The notes beneath the pieces are model-generated. The model made no database searches, had not been told where the DNA came from, and saw only the letters and a program-made list of their open reading frames with translations. 64,000 nt of DNA from Octopus sinensis (Eukaryota): the NCBI RefSeq assembly GCF_006345805.1, contig NC_042998.1:106516001-106580000 (forward strand). Direction: 5' to 3'. The stretch's first letter is position 1; each line of letters begins with the position of its first letter. Positions 1-12,669 of this stretch are shown here, piece after piece. The position numbers were made by a program, and so were the translations under genes.

Positions 1-411
1 TCGATGACTGGCGTCCATGCTAGCAAGGTGCAAAGAGTACCATACGAGCATGATCATTGACAGAGTGGGTAACTGGCTTCTGTGCCAGTGGCACGTAAAA
101 GGGCACCATTTGAGCGTGATCATTACCAACGTCGCCTTACTGGCACCTGTGCTGGTGGCATGTGTAAAAGGATTCGAGCGAGGTCATTGCCAGTTCCGCC
201 TGACTGGCCCCTCTGCTGGTAGCACGTAAAAAGCACCCACTACACTCTCGGAGTGGTTGGCATTAGGAAGGGCATCCAGCTGAAGAAACTCTGCCAAATC
301 AAGATTGGAGCCTGGTGCAGCCATCTGGTTCGCCAGCCCTCAGTCAAAATCGTCCAACCCATGCTAGCATGGAAAGTGGACGTTAAACGATGATGATGAT
401 GATGATGATGA

Positions 412-414
<3 letters not shown>
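1..414 (+). mobile_element. RTE-clade LINE 3' UTR fragment with internal hairpin-unit repeats and (GAT)n tail
   Basis: Ends ...CCCATGCTAGCATGGAAAGTGGACGTTAAACGATGATGAT; the same 3' end follows an RTE ORF C-terminus at 19808-20520. Confidence 0.8.
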
Positions 415-476
<62 letters not shown>

Positions 477-499
477 GCATATTATGTATATATATATAT

Positions 500-760
500 C
501 AGGAAGAAAAACTAGAAGTAGTTGATAGCTTCCATTACCTAAGGGACCAAGTCAGTAGCAGGGGTGGATGCTCTGAAATTGTAGCTGCTAGAATGAGAAT
601 AGCCTGGGCGAAGTTCAGAGAGCTCCTACCTCCACTGGTAACAAAGGCCCTCTCACTCAGAGTAAAAGGTAGACTGTATGATGCATGTGTGTGAACAGGC
701 ATGCTACATGGCAGTGAAACATGGGCCATGACTGCTGAGGATACGTGTAAGCTTGCAATG
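500..760 (+). mobile_element. RTE LINE fragment (post-RT/thumb region)
   Basis: Translates as EKLEVVDSFHYL..IAWAKFRELLP..RVKGRLYDACV*TGMLHGSETW, matching the RTE LYGSETW region. Confidence 0.85.
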
Positions 761-859
761 CTTACACATATTATAATCTATATTATAATCTATTATAGAG
801 ACAACAGTTCATAAAACAATTAACTGAATAATAAATATTTTAAATTGTATATGATATAT

Positions 860-913
<54 letters not shown>

Positions 914-941
914 TATACACATACACACACACACACATATT

Positions 942-1210
942 CAGTATAAGTAGGAAGATATATTATAGAGTAGAAAAATCTGTCAGCAACCAGCCATAAG
1001 ACTCAAACTCACATCCCTTCACTTTCCAGTCAAAGCGCTTTACCATTTAAGCTAAACTGCATTACTGACAAATTCTTCTGCAATTTAGAATTTATGAATT
1101 CATCTAGGAACACTAGATGGAATAGAAATTGAAGGGATGTGAGTTCGAGTCTCATGGCTAGTTACTGACAGATTTTTCTGCTCTGTAAAGATTTTATCCT
1201 ATATATGCTG
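942..1210. mobile_element. Fold-back element with ~70-bp imperfect inverted arms and a tRNA-like segment
   Basis: 951-1021 is the approximate reverse complement of 1130-1201; the minus strand reads TAGCTTAAATGG..GAGTTTGAGTC (A-box/B-box-like). Confidence 0.65.
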
Positions 1211-1219
1211 TAATATATA

Positions 1220-2511
1220 CGAGGGGCGTTCAATAAATAATGCCTCTGGCCCACTTGCAGTTTTTTGATCTAGCTGAAATTTTGCATGTGCAATTATTTA
1301 TATCTCTATAGATTAAGTAGCAAATTATAGCTCTGAACTAATTGTGGTTTCTGATTTACAGGTGTTTGAACTGAGTCAAGTGTGAAATGGAGCCTGTTGA
1401 GTGTCGAACAGTGATCTGGTTTTTGTATTTGAAAGGACTCACACCACGAGAGACTTTTACTGAAATGAAAGTAATTTATGGTGATGATGGCCCATCATAT
1501 GACCTTGTAAAATGCTGGCATCGTGAAATCAAACATGGTCGGAACTCTGTGGAAACAGCTCCCAGATCTGGTCGCCCCACTTCTGCCATTGATGAGGTAT
1601 CTGTCCGTCAAGTTGAGGCTGCCATTTTGGAAGATCGACACATAACTATTCGCCAAATATTCCATTAGGTCAAGATTAGTACCAGGTCTGTGGAAACTAT
1701 CATTCATGACTATTTGCATATGCAAAAGGTGTCTGCCAGATGGATTCCCAGGTTGCTCACACCTTTCCAGAAGCAAGAACACGTCAAGTGCTCGAGGATG
1801 AATTTGGAGATGTGCCAAGAAGACGAGTCAAACTTTTTCAAAAGACTGATAACACAGGATGAAACCTGGGTCCATCACTATGATCCAGAGACCAAAGCCC
1901 AGTCAATGCAGTGGAAGCACCGTGACTCACCTCCTCCAAAGAAGGCAAGTGTGCAGCCCTCCACTGGCAAGATCATGCTCACAATCTTCTGGGACCAGGA
2001 CGGAGTAATGATGACAGATTTCCTGGCAAAGGGTACCACAATTACAGGAGCGTATTATGCTTCACTTTTGAGGAAATTAAGAGAAGCTATCAAAATCAAG
2101 AGGTGGGGCAAGATCAGCAAAGGCATCCTCCTCCTGCAGGACAACGCTCCGGTCCACAACTCGCGTGTCGCCAGATCAGAAGCACAGGCGTGCGGCTATG
2201 AACTCCTCCCCCATCCCCCTACTCTCCTGACCTTGCACCCTCTGATTTTCATCTCTTCCCAGCCATGAAGTTGTTTTTGAAAGGAAAGCGTTTCCCAGAT
2301 GATGCAGCCTTGATTTCTGAAGTTACGTCGTGGTTGGAGGACCAAGCTAGGGTCTTCTACAAAAACGGTCTCCAGATCTGCATCAAACGATGGGAGAAAG
2401 GCGTAACTCTGGGTGGTTCCTATGTAGAAAAAGACTGATAACTGCGCCAAGTTTCGTTGCTCTACTGCTATGGGAAGTGGGTCAGGGGCATTACTTATTG
2501 AACGCCCCTCG
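1220..2511 (+). mobile_element. Full-length mariner DNA transposon (DD34D, irritans-like)
   Basis: 37-bp TIRs at 1220-1256 and 2475-2511 (3 mismatches), TA target duplication on both sides, 1292 bp long. Confidence 0.95.
1387..2438 (+). pseudogene. Mariner transposase with one in-frame stop (1666-1668) and one frameshift (~2220)
   Basis: Motifs SARWIPRLL, TQDETWVHHYDPE, LQDNAPVH and HPP/YSPDLAPSDFHLF; 34 residues between the second and third Asp; ends RWEKGVTLGGSYVEKD*. Confidence 0.93.
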
Positions 2512-2869
2512 TATATATATCATTGAAAGAAGATTAGAGATCTATACAGAACAAATTTTTATATATCAAAGATGGACATGGAAACAGCACAGAATTAAAT
2601 CTAAGAAATTTCAATTTGGAAAGAATTTAATAAAATGATTTTAAAATTATATAAAGAAAATATAAGATATTACTGTTTTGATGATAAATTTCATTTTATC
2701 AAATATTAAAAGAATTTTTTAATGTAAAAATTTGAACTAAAAACAGTTTATCTTTTGTTTAGTGGTTAAAACATATCTGGAATATTTTAGTTGAAGTCTT
2801 CTTTAAATATAGTTTGGTATAGAGTTCAAGGTGTTAGAGAGAGAGGGGTGTAGTTGTCTATTGATATAT

Positions 2870-3530
2870 ATATCCCATCCCCCCATCCTATCCCCTACAC
2901 CCACTCCCACATACCCCAGCTCTACCCCCACCCTCTGCCTACCCACATGCACCACCTCTACCCCCACCCTCTGCCTACCCACATACCCCAACTCTACCCC
3001 AACCCTCAGCGAGACCCACACCCCACCTGTGCTTTCCCCATTCTCGCCTCCCCCACCTTCCAACAACATCACATCACACTACACCATACAACATTACACA
3101 TCACATCACAACACACCACCCACACACCACCACTGACCAATTCCCATCCCCACATTTTCCCACCTACACATACATACATGCACATGTCCAGACCACCAGC
3201 CCTCTTTCACACGCACATACGTACTCTCTTATACACACATGCACCTTCGTGTTGGGGGTCATCTTTACTTTGTTATCAACCCTACTTCTTCGCTCTCCTG
3301 TGTGACCCGGCTGTTCGGCAGTTGCCATGATAGATCGGTAGCCACTACACACATTTTTTTTCTCTCCTTGTTTCTCTCCTTGTTTTTTTCTGTGTCCCTT
3401 TCTGTAGAAGAATGTAGGCTCGAAACGTAAAATACTTTTTCTATTCCTGAGCGTTATACTAATACATCTGTTTGTTTTGTACACCACCTGTCTTCATTTT
3501 TTTTTTTTTCATGAACTCACCCTATATATA
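2870..3530 (+). mobile_element. Probable Penelope-like 3' terminal repeat region with a degenerate minimal hammerhead motif
   Basis: C-rich low-complexity tract, then CTTT-CTGTAGA-AGAATGTAGGCTC-GAAACGT-AAAA at 3398-3433; bounded by (TA)n. Confidence 0.5.
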
Positions 3531-4055
3531 TATATGATCCTGAACTGAAAGAGGCTGCTACTTTCTTTCATTTACTGGGACTGTGTTCAAGTCCAGTTAT
3601 ATGCACTTTTTTCTAATATGGAAGTAAGGAGTGTTGTATCACCAATACCTTTCTTGTTGATCTTACCATGACAGAACAGTACATTACATATATATATATA
3701 ATGAATAGGGAGAATTATACTCTGTATATAGCACAACTATTTAGTGCTCAAAGTTAATTGGGCTATTGGAATATTACAGAAGATTTAGGATTTGAGACAA
3801 AATTCTGGGTTATCAGTCAATATATGAAAAGTAAAGCTTCAATCCATTAAATGCTTCATAAAAATATATATGTAAAATAAATATTTCGATATGAGAGGGT
3901 AACATACGCGTTGAAACAATGCATATTCAGCAATATGTAAATCAGAAATTTGTACATACAGGATCAGTTCTAATATTAAAACTCAGAAGAGTATAAGGAA
4001 AGTTCAAAGGGAAAAGTCCAAATTAAAATCCAAATGTGAAAATTAATGTATATAT

Positions 4056-4146
4056 ATATCCTACGGCCATTTCAGGAACATAATGGTAAGAGTTGATGTT
4101 GATTTAAAATCCATTCCAGTATCACTATTTTCTTCATCAGGGATAT
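4056..4146 (-). ncRNA. Type I hammerhead ribozyme-like motif (Penelope-associated type)
   Basis: Minus strand: AUAUCC-CUGAUGA-(long stem II)-GAAA-UGGCC-GUA-GGAUAU; perfect 6-bp stem I and near-palindromic stem III region. Confidence 0.75.
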
Positions 4147-4263
4147 TAATATCTCGTATGAATCAGATTTGGTACATTTGTTCATAGATGTTGAAGTTCA
4201 GCTACACTATACCAGTTTGTATTTTACATAAAATTGATTGGATGAAATAAAACATTTAAGACG

Positions 4264-4668
4264 TAGGAGTGGCTGTGTGGTAAGTAGCTTGCTTATGAAC
4301 CACATGGTTCTGGGTTCAATCCCACTGCGTGGCACCTTGGGCAAGTGTTTTCTAATATAGCCTCGGGCCGACCAAAGCTTTGTGAGTGGATTTGGTAGAC
4401 AGAAACTGAAAGAAGCCCATCGTATAAATGTATATATATATGTATGTGTGTGTATCTGTGTTTATCCCCCCCACCCGACATTGCTTGACAACCGATGCTG
4501 GTGTGTTTACATCCCCGAAACTTAGCGGTTCGGCAAAAGAGACTGATAGAATAAGTACTAGGCTTACAAAGAATAAGTCCTGGGATCGATTTACTCAACT
4601 GAAGGCAGTGCTCCAGCATGGCCACAGTCAAATGACTGAAACAAGTAAAAGAGAAAGAAAGAGAAAGA
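4264..4668 (+). mobile_element. tRNA-derived SINE family A, full length (CORE-like centre, internal (TA)/(TG) tract, tail 1)
   Basis: A box TGGCTGTGTGG, B box GGTTCAATCCC, CORE-like GGCACCTTGGGCAAGTG; tail ends GACTGAAACAAGTAAAAGA; more than 10 related copies in the window. Confidence 0.88.
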
Positions 4669-5199
4669 CAAATTAAAAATATATGGTGGGGGTGAAATTA
4701 AAAATATAGGCTTCCTGAAAATTATTCTCATGGTGAAAGGATTTTTCTTTTCCTTTTTTTCTATTTTTTATTTTATTTTTTATTAAGGATTTATTTTTAC
4801 TTAACGAAAGGATTTAAATGTGGATACGTACTTCTTACAAGATTTTTTTTATTTAATGAAAGGATTTAAATGTTGAGAGGTATTTATGCCTATGTGAAAT
4901 GATAATATCTGAGAATTTGTTAAGCATTATCTTTTTATTTAGACGTAGTATATTGATTGATTCTCATGTGTACTCATGTTTCATATTGTTACCACCCAAG
5001 TTTTTGTACGATCTTGTCAGGTTTTTGTTTGAATAATTTATACAATATATTAATGAACTTTGTAAATATTAAAAGATAGTTAAGCTTAACAAATATACAT
5101 GCATGCGTACATGCATGCATAAATACATACAGACATATACATGAGCGTGTGTGTGTATGTGTGTGTGTGTGTGTGTGTAAATACACACACATGCAATGC

Positions 5200-5378
5200 G
5201 CTTGGCTTAGATTTTCCTTGGGGCTGGCCAGATCGAAGCAATCTCAAGATTAATCAGCCGAAATTGCGAGGATGATCCAGTTCTTGACTGAAGATTGAAG
5301 GCTTCGAATGTCCCGTCCATGTTTTTTGTATCGTCTTCTAAATGTTTTGCGTTCTTGTCCCAGTTTGTATTTTTTTAC
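5200..5378 (+). repeat. Interspersed repeat fragment, same family as 20600-21295
   Basis: GCTTAG.TTTTCCTT..GGGGCTGGCCAGAT...ATCTCAAGATTAATCAGC is shared with 21079-21290. Confidence 0.7.
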
Positions 5379-6599
5379 ACATACATACATACATATATAT
5401 ATATATATATGAATACAAATAAATACAAGCACATACATATTTATTTATATATATATTCAATTTTGTTCTACAATGAAGATTGTTTGATTCTTGAGGCAAA
5501 GACAAGAATAATAGGTAAGAACTCTCATAATAGAAGTATCAAGAGTATAACAATGAATATAGTTTTTAGAGATTATCAATGATGGCAGCAGCGCAGCAGT
5601 GGCGGCAGAAGAGGGGGAATTGGCAGCAGAGGTGGGGTTGGGGGGATTTTCCATTTTTATCTTTAATAAGAAAAAATATTTGTTTGTTTTACCAGCACCT
5701 TCCTGCATACAGAACCATACATCACATTATTACCACCCTGGCTTTAATATAACTTTTTTTCAGTATATTAATGAATTTTGTAATATGTGTGGATTTTCCC
5801 AATGTAGATATGCTTAGTGCGTGGTTGTGTCTATCTATACATTCTATACTCACTGCATTACCAGTAAATATTTGATTCAGCATTTTTTTTTTCTTTCAAT
5901 TTCCTTCAGCTTCTATTTTATAGTTCTGAAGATATCATAAAGTAGAATCATATATCGTTGCAACACATACTTAAGAAATAGTTTTTTGTGGTACGAAGGA
6001 ATTGATATAACAGTTGTAAAAAATGACTTTGTTACTTCTTCTATATTAGTTTTTTTTTTTTTTTGCATTTAGTCTCTGTTCATCTCTGGCTTCACCTGGC
6101 AGGTGTATTCTTAAATGATATGTTTTGTTATTCATTAGATTTTTTTAGATTCTCATTATTTTCTCTTTACTTCTCAGTGTCTATAATATTAATTGGGTTC
6201 CAGTTTTCTCATCATCATCGATACAATATTCTGTTGGTTTTATTATTTGTTATCACTCTTGCAAACTGTACTGAGATATCTAATGTGAATATTTTCACTG
6301 TGGGATTCTTCTATGACTCATTTTTAAAGCTTCTATGTTGTTGTTGTTAATGATGCTACTGAGGATGATGATAATAATGATGATGATGGTGGCGGCGGCG
6401 GCGGTGGTGATGGTGATGATGATCGTGAAGATGATGATGATGTTGCTGCTGCTGTAGCTGCCATTATTATCATTGCTTAACCCAATGTCAGATCTGATCA
6501 AGCAGACCTAAGATCAAAAGCACTTTAGCAATGCACTCCATCCTACCCTTCTTTTCAAACAATGTATATAACATGATGCACTTGCATTTAATCATTCTG

Positions 6600-7970
6600 C
6601 AAAGAAAGAGGCTTGGAAATGCCATTATGAAAGACTGCTGAATGTGAAGAATGAATGGCAGGAGGAGAAACTGCCAAATGTTGACCCAATTGAGGGACCA
6701 GCTATCCGAATTGACAGTACCTTGATAGATAAAGTAATTAATATGAAGACAGGGAAAGCCCCTGGCCCATCAGGAATCACTGCTGAAATGCTTAAAATAT
6801 CTGGTTGTGTAGGTTATGGTCTAGTCACCCATATTTTAAATCAGGTGGTTCAAGAAGGAGTCATTCCCAATAACTGGTGTAGCAGCACCATAGTCAACTG
6901 CTACAAAGGTAAAGGTGATATCTTAGATAGAAATAATTACAGAGATATCAAATTGTCATATCAGATGATGAAAGTTACGGAGAGCGTCATAGCCCAACTA
7001 ATTAGGGAGAGAGTTTAGTCTAGATGAGATGCAGTTTGGTTTTGTGCTAGGGAGAAGCACCTTTGATGCTATATTTCTGGTAAGGCAGCTGCAGGAGAAA
7101 TACATTGCTAAAGATAAACCTCAGTACTTGGATTTTGTTGATTTGGAGAAAGTCTTTGACAGGGTCCCCCAATCCCTTATCTGGTCGTCAATGCAGAAAC
7201 TAAGGATAGATGAGTGGTTGGTGAAAGCTGTACAAGTCATATACAGTAAGGTGAGGATTAGCAACAAGTACAACAAAGAATTCAGGGTACAAGTAAAGGT
7301 TCACCAAGGATCGGTCCTCAGCCCCCTCTTGTTCATAATAGTCCTCCAGGCAATAACAGAGGAATTTAAGACAGGCTACTCCCGGGAGCTACTCTATGCT
7401 GATGACTTTGTTCTTATAGCTGAATCACTACCAGAATTAGAGAAGTTTCAGGTGTACATATATATATATATATATATAATATAAATAATATATATAGCTG
7501 AATCACTATCAGAATTAGAGAAGTTTCAGGTATACATATATATATATATAAATAATATATAAATATATGCATATATACATACATATATGTACATACCTAC
7601 ATATATATGTATATATACATGCATATATGGGGTACAGGAAGGACATCAAAAAAACTTTGAACACAATGAGAAATGAAAACAAAAACATAGAACAAACTTT
7701 TTTTCGAACAACGAAAAAAACAAACAGAGAAACGAGACATGCAACATAAAGAATATTCCCCTTCTTCAATTGTCCCTGTTTCAACTACTCCACGTTTTGA
7801 GAGAGAGATGTGCTGGTATGGTCATGTGATGCATATGGACAAGGACAGCTGTGTAAAGAAATGCTAGTCTCTGTGGAGGGAACTTGTGGTAGAGATAGAC
7901 CCAGGATGATATGTGATGAGGTGGTAAAGCCTGATCTTTGAACTGTTGGCCTCACAGAGGCAATGACTAG
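6600..7970 (+). mobile_element. RTE LINE reverse transcriptase and 3' ORF remnant, interrupted at ~7456-7800 by (TA)n and another repeat
   Basis: KAPGPSGI, NYRDIKL, QFGFVLGRST, FVDLEKVFDRVP, HQGSVLSPLLF and LLYADD; 7800-7970 holds WYGHVM..GRDRPR..GLTEAMTS. Confidence 0.92.
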
Positions 7971-8004
7971 TGGTGGTGGTGGTGGTGGTGGTGGATTAGT
8001 AGAC

Positions 8005-8077
8005 GAAGAAGAAGAAGAAGAAGAAGAAGAAGAAGAAGAAGAAGAAGAAGAAGAAGAAGAAGAAGAAGAAGAAGAAG
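8005..8077. repeat. (GAA)n microsatellite
   Basis: Perfect trinucleotide run. Confidence 0.95.
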
Positions 8078-8958
8078 ACTATTGTATTCACCTAAATTTT
8101 TATATCATTTGGTCATTATTACAAACTTGTTACATTCAGAGTTTGGACTTTAGTTTATAATTTACCATTATAGAGAATATAAGGAGCTTATTGAAGAAAA
8201 TTCAGTTTCTAAATTGTCAGATTGAAAAATTCTGTTAAAGCTAATTTGTTCATACAACACAAGCCATCCATATGATTAATTTCTTTTTCTTCCCTTCCTC
8301 ATAGATACTCCTTAATATCATAACAGAAATGTAGAAAATCAGCAGGAAAAAATTTTCTTCAGCTTCTACAACATTTTATTTTTATTTTCCTGACAATAGT
8401 AGATATCTTTGTATGTATCAGAATAAATTTCATGTTCAACTATTAATTCTAAATCTTTGTATTTTAGGATATACATTTTTTATGTCTGGGATGATTGGAA
8501 AATCACATATAGCATTATTAACTCATACTTTCTTCCAGTCATTCTATAACTTCCTACTAAGTTATTTCACATTTTCTGAAGACCTTCTACTGTTGTTAAA
8601 GCAACCAATAATTTGTTCTTATACTTCTCTAAGCCTCACACCTAATAACCTTTAGCAATTAAGATAATTAGTATATTTTTGTAGATTTTGCCATTCACTC
8701 TTTATGTCATATTGCTTACTCATACGTGGCCACAGAGAGAGAGAAGGAGAGAGAGAGAGAAAGAGAGAGAAAATTCTCTTCATACTTACTGCTGCTGTTA
8801 TCATTGTTGCTACTTTTGTTGACTAGCCCTGAGTCAACCTTGATTGAGTACATCTATGATTAAAGAGGTTCACGATTTGGCTGTCCATTCCTTTATTTTC
8901 TTCTTTCCAGGTATAAAGTGCTCCAAACAATTTTATTCAGTGTGCACACACTCCATAC

Positions 8959-9046
8959 CAGCGTTTTCCAAACTTTTTTGTCGCGACCTATTTTATTTAT
9001 CTTGCAACCTATTGAAGGGTCAGGAGCCACAGTTTGAAAAACGCTG
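8959..9046. mobile_element. 88-bp hAT-like MITE
   Basis: TIRs CAGCGTTTTCCAAACT and AGTTTGAAAAACGCTG; 8-bp flanks CTCCATAC/CTCTACAC resemble a decayed target duplication. Confidence 0.75.
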
Positions 9047-10159
9047 CTCTACACAATCAATATCCTAGAAAATAAGACAACTTAAATGATAGATTTTCTA
9101 CTCAAGAAACAAACAAAACACTAAATTCCTGAAACAACAAAACCAATACCACATGGCAGGAAATTATTTATGACTTATCAACCCCTTGCCACTCACCCCA
9201 TGAGAACCCCACGAAAATAATGCTGAAAACCCTTAAGGAATATGGAGGAACACCTGGTAGTGAGGTAAAAGTTTACATAAAGCTGAAGAAAACAAAATAA
9301 TAGTAATAATCATGTCTTTTTAATATATAGTCATGGAGACTCAAATATATAAATCTCAGTCCTTGACTAGTACTTTATTTTATATAAAAGATGAAATTTT
9401 GTAACTGACCTTTGCAAGATTTGAACCCAGAACATAAAGGACCATACCTAAATGCAGTATAGCAATTTATCTGAGACTCTCAGTTTTCTGCCAATATGTA
9501 TTTATATGCTTTTCCAAATACATTAAACCAAGCCCTCTATTAAATGTAATATGAGCTCTCTTCTAAATGGAGTATGGGTTCTCTGAGAATTTTTTTGTAC
9601 TGAAGCAAAGTCAGGCATCAGTAAGAAAAATTACTTAATTTACTAATCAGCCGTATGTCAGTAAAATCATTAGAGTATATGCTGACAAGTTGTCAGAGTC
9701 ATTGCAGTGTATGATAGAATGCTTGCAGTATTTGTTCCAGCTCTCCACACTCTGAATTCAAATCCTGCAGAGTCAATACTTTGGTAGTGGAGGTTTGGGA
9801 GTTCAATGAACAAAATACCAGACCATGGTTGTGGAATGATGGATTGTCTGAATTGTTAGAATACTAAAATAGGATGTTTTGGAGTATCTGTTCCAAGCTT
9901 TGCCTTCTGCTGTCAGTGCCTGCAATGCCATTGGTATTAAGCTGTTTTGGGCCTTGCATTTGTCTTTGTCATATCAAGAAAAACTGATTTGGCTTTTAAA
10001 ATATATCTTTCCTCACTCAAACCTACAATACATACATACATACATACATATATATATATATATAAATATAAAATCAAGACAAAAGGAAAATACCAATCGT
10101 AATTCAATGAAATAGAAAGAACAAAACAGCATAAAAAGGAATGAGATCCTGAAAATATT

Positions 10160-10740
10160 CTTTTCTTTTCTACTCTAGGCACAAGACCTGAAATTTTGGG
10201 AGAGGGGCTAGTCTGTTAGATCGACCCCAGTACACAACTAGTACTTAATTTATCGACCCTGAAAGAATGAAAGGCAAAGTCGGCCTCAGCAGAATATGAA
10301 CTCAGAACATAAAGACTGATGAAATACTGCTAAGCATTTCACTCAGTGTGTTAACATTTCTGCCAAATCAGTTGATGAAATAATTGATCCCAGCAACAAC
10401 ATTATGAATAAGACAATCTTTAAAATGCATATAATTTTTCAACCAGAAACATGTATATTGAAACAAATGCTTTAAAAACAATATATTGGGACAACAACAA
10501 TAAAAAAATGAAGCTACAGAAAATAGGCTACAAAAGAATCTAAGCATATTGATTTCAAATTTTGGCACAAGGCCAGCAAGTTCAGAGAAGTGGGAGAGCT
10601 AGTTACTTATTTTAGTGACCATAAAAGGATGAAAGGCAAAGTCACCCTTAGTGGAATTTGAACTCGGAACATAAAGTGAGATGAAATGCTGCTAAGCATT
10701 TTGCCTAGCATACTAACGATTCTGCCAGCTCACTGCCTTT
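10160..10740 (-). mobile_element. Two tRNA-derived SINE family B copies (10160-10370 and 10550-10740)
   Basis: Reverse complements of GAGCTGGCAGAA..TTCTGAGTTCAAATTC..CTTTGCCTTTCATCC..AAGTAC. Confidence 0.8.
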
Positions 10741-10959
10741 CAGAATCTAAGCGTATTGGAAAAATGTATGGAATGAAAATACAATAACACCACAAACAGC
10801 TGAACATAACTAGCAGGGAATTTGCCTATACAACCAAGCCTACTAGCAACTATAAGGCTCATATATCTGTGAAGTACTCTATTTTTTGCAAAATTATCAA
10901 ACTAATTAATCTCTGCACAGACTTCAATGAATTATTGCAGAGATGAGCATCATTAATAT

Positions 10960-11505
10960 CTGATTCATTACCAGAGGGAAAACAATATAGATTCCCTGAA
11001 ACAGAAAATCTAGGGATTACCAAAACTAGGAAATAGTATTGATTACCTACAAACTCTGACAATAAGCTGGTTAATCATAAAAAAAAAAACAATAAAACCT
11101 TATCAAGAGGAACAGAACAGAAACAGAGTTGCAAAGGGCTGTATGGATTTAAAGGACAACAATTGGTAACTCAAGCAGTTATTGATGACAGTAAAAAAAA
11201 TAAAAATAAAATCTATCACATAGATTGATTTCTGAAACATCCTTCACAGAATACTGCAATAAGGAATAATGGAAACTTTCTCCTAATAGTAAAATAATAT
11301 CAACAATGCCTAGCCAAAATGGAAATTACCAATTCAGGATCAATAAAATTATACTCCCAAAAGATGAAATTTTCAGAGGGATTCCTTATCTCCACTACTC
11401 TTCTGTTTAACACTAACTCCTTAAACAAGATGATTCAAACTGGAAATGTTTACTAATACTATGGACAAGGTGTAAACCATATCCTCTTTTAGCAGATTTA
11501 AATAC
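10960..11505 (+). mobile_element. Highly decayed R4/Dong-type LINE reverse transcriptase
   Basis: IFRG/QRDSLSPLLFCLTLTP (cf. GIFQGDSLSPLLFC), CKGLYG and VNHILF motifs across frameshifts. Confidence 0.65.
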
Positions 11506-12601
11506 TAGTTTCTTTGACATCTTTCATTTCCATAAGGAGCAGTCCACAACATAACAAGTATTGTGCATCGACACTGACTAATCTTGATTAAGCATTGGTT
11601 CCCCCTCCCTGCTCACACTCACATGCATAACAAGATCAACTACTTCACTGAATCTAATACTGTAGCTGGCTTGATCTTCTTTAACTTGAGAAATGTATAC
11701 CTTCTAGAAAGCTCTGCCAACACGACAAAGTTTCATTGCTTTATTTTTATGTTTCAAAAAGGTAAAAAATATAATATTTATTCCTGCAGGAAAATTAAAA
11801 GATTTCATCGGGATAGCAAAAATAATAAAATATTTAACCTTCTCCTTTTATTTTCTACTCACCAACAGAAAATAGACAATTTCTGGTTTTATTAGTGCAA
11901 TAATTCAGTAACAGTTAAACAATGTATATTTTTTTTCAGTCCAGGTCTGAGAAAAAATAATAATTTAAGCATCGAATTTACTTCACATCAATTGAAGCAA
12001 AGTTTATGTAATAAATGTGTTATAGAAAATGTAGAAACATTTGCTCATATTTCAATTAGACAACTGAGTAATGCACTGAAGAAAGTGTTCATATTTTCTT
12101 GTTTGTAAGGTCAAATGCTTACAAATAGATAATGGTCAACAGTAAAGAGAATAAGACAAATAATGTTTGTGCTTTTAAATTGGTGGAAATAGTGATCAGC
12201 AAATTATTTTTCATTCAGGCAAAAATATTTCATGATTTGAGATAGTTCAAAGGTGATCTGATTCTGATCAGTTGAGACAAAAGGAATGGTTAATTGTTAG
12301 CTAAGAGAGAGTGAAGTCAAATATTTTGCTGGTAGTTGCTTCTGAGGGAAAGTAGGAACAGAGGAAAACCCATTGTGTGCACTTTCCCAATATCCAAAAT
12401 GGCTGACAAACCATTAGTCTCTGATTGGCTAAAATAACACATATAACAAAGATTACAACTAAAACGTCATCTGAATGAGGTTGCTATACTCTTCTCAAAA
12501 CAAGTAGAATCAAAATTAATCATTTTGAATATAAAATCCTATCAGCTGAGAAAGCTTAGACTCTTATAACCAGCCATTCATTCATTATTTATTTGTGTGC
12601 A

Positions 12602-12637
<36 letters not shown>

Positions 12638-12638
12638 C

Positions 12639-12669
<31 letters not shown>

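Noticed and set aside
1387-2438. SETMAR-like domesticated transposase
   Set aside because: TIRs and TA duplications are present, the ORF is broken, and there is no SET domain
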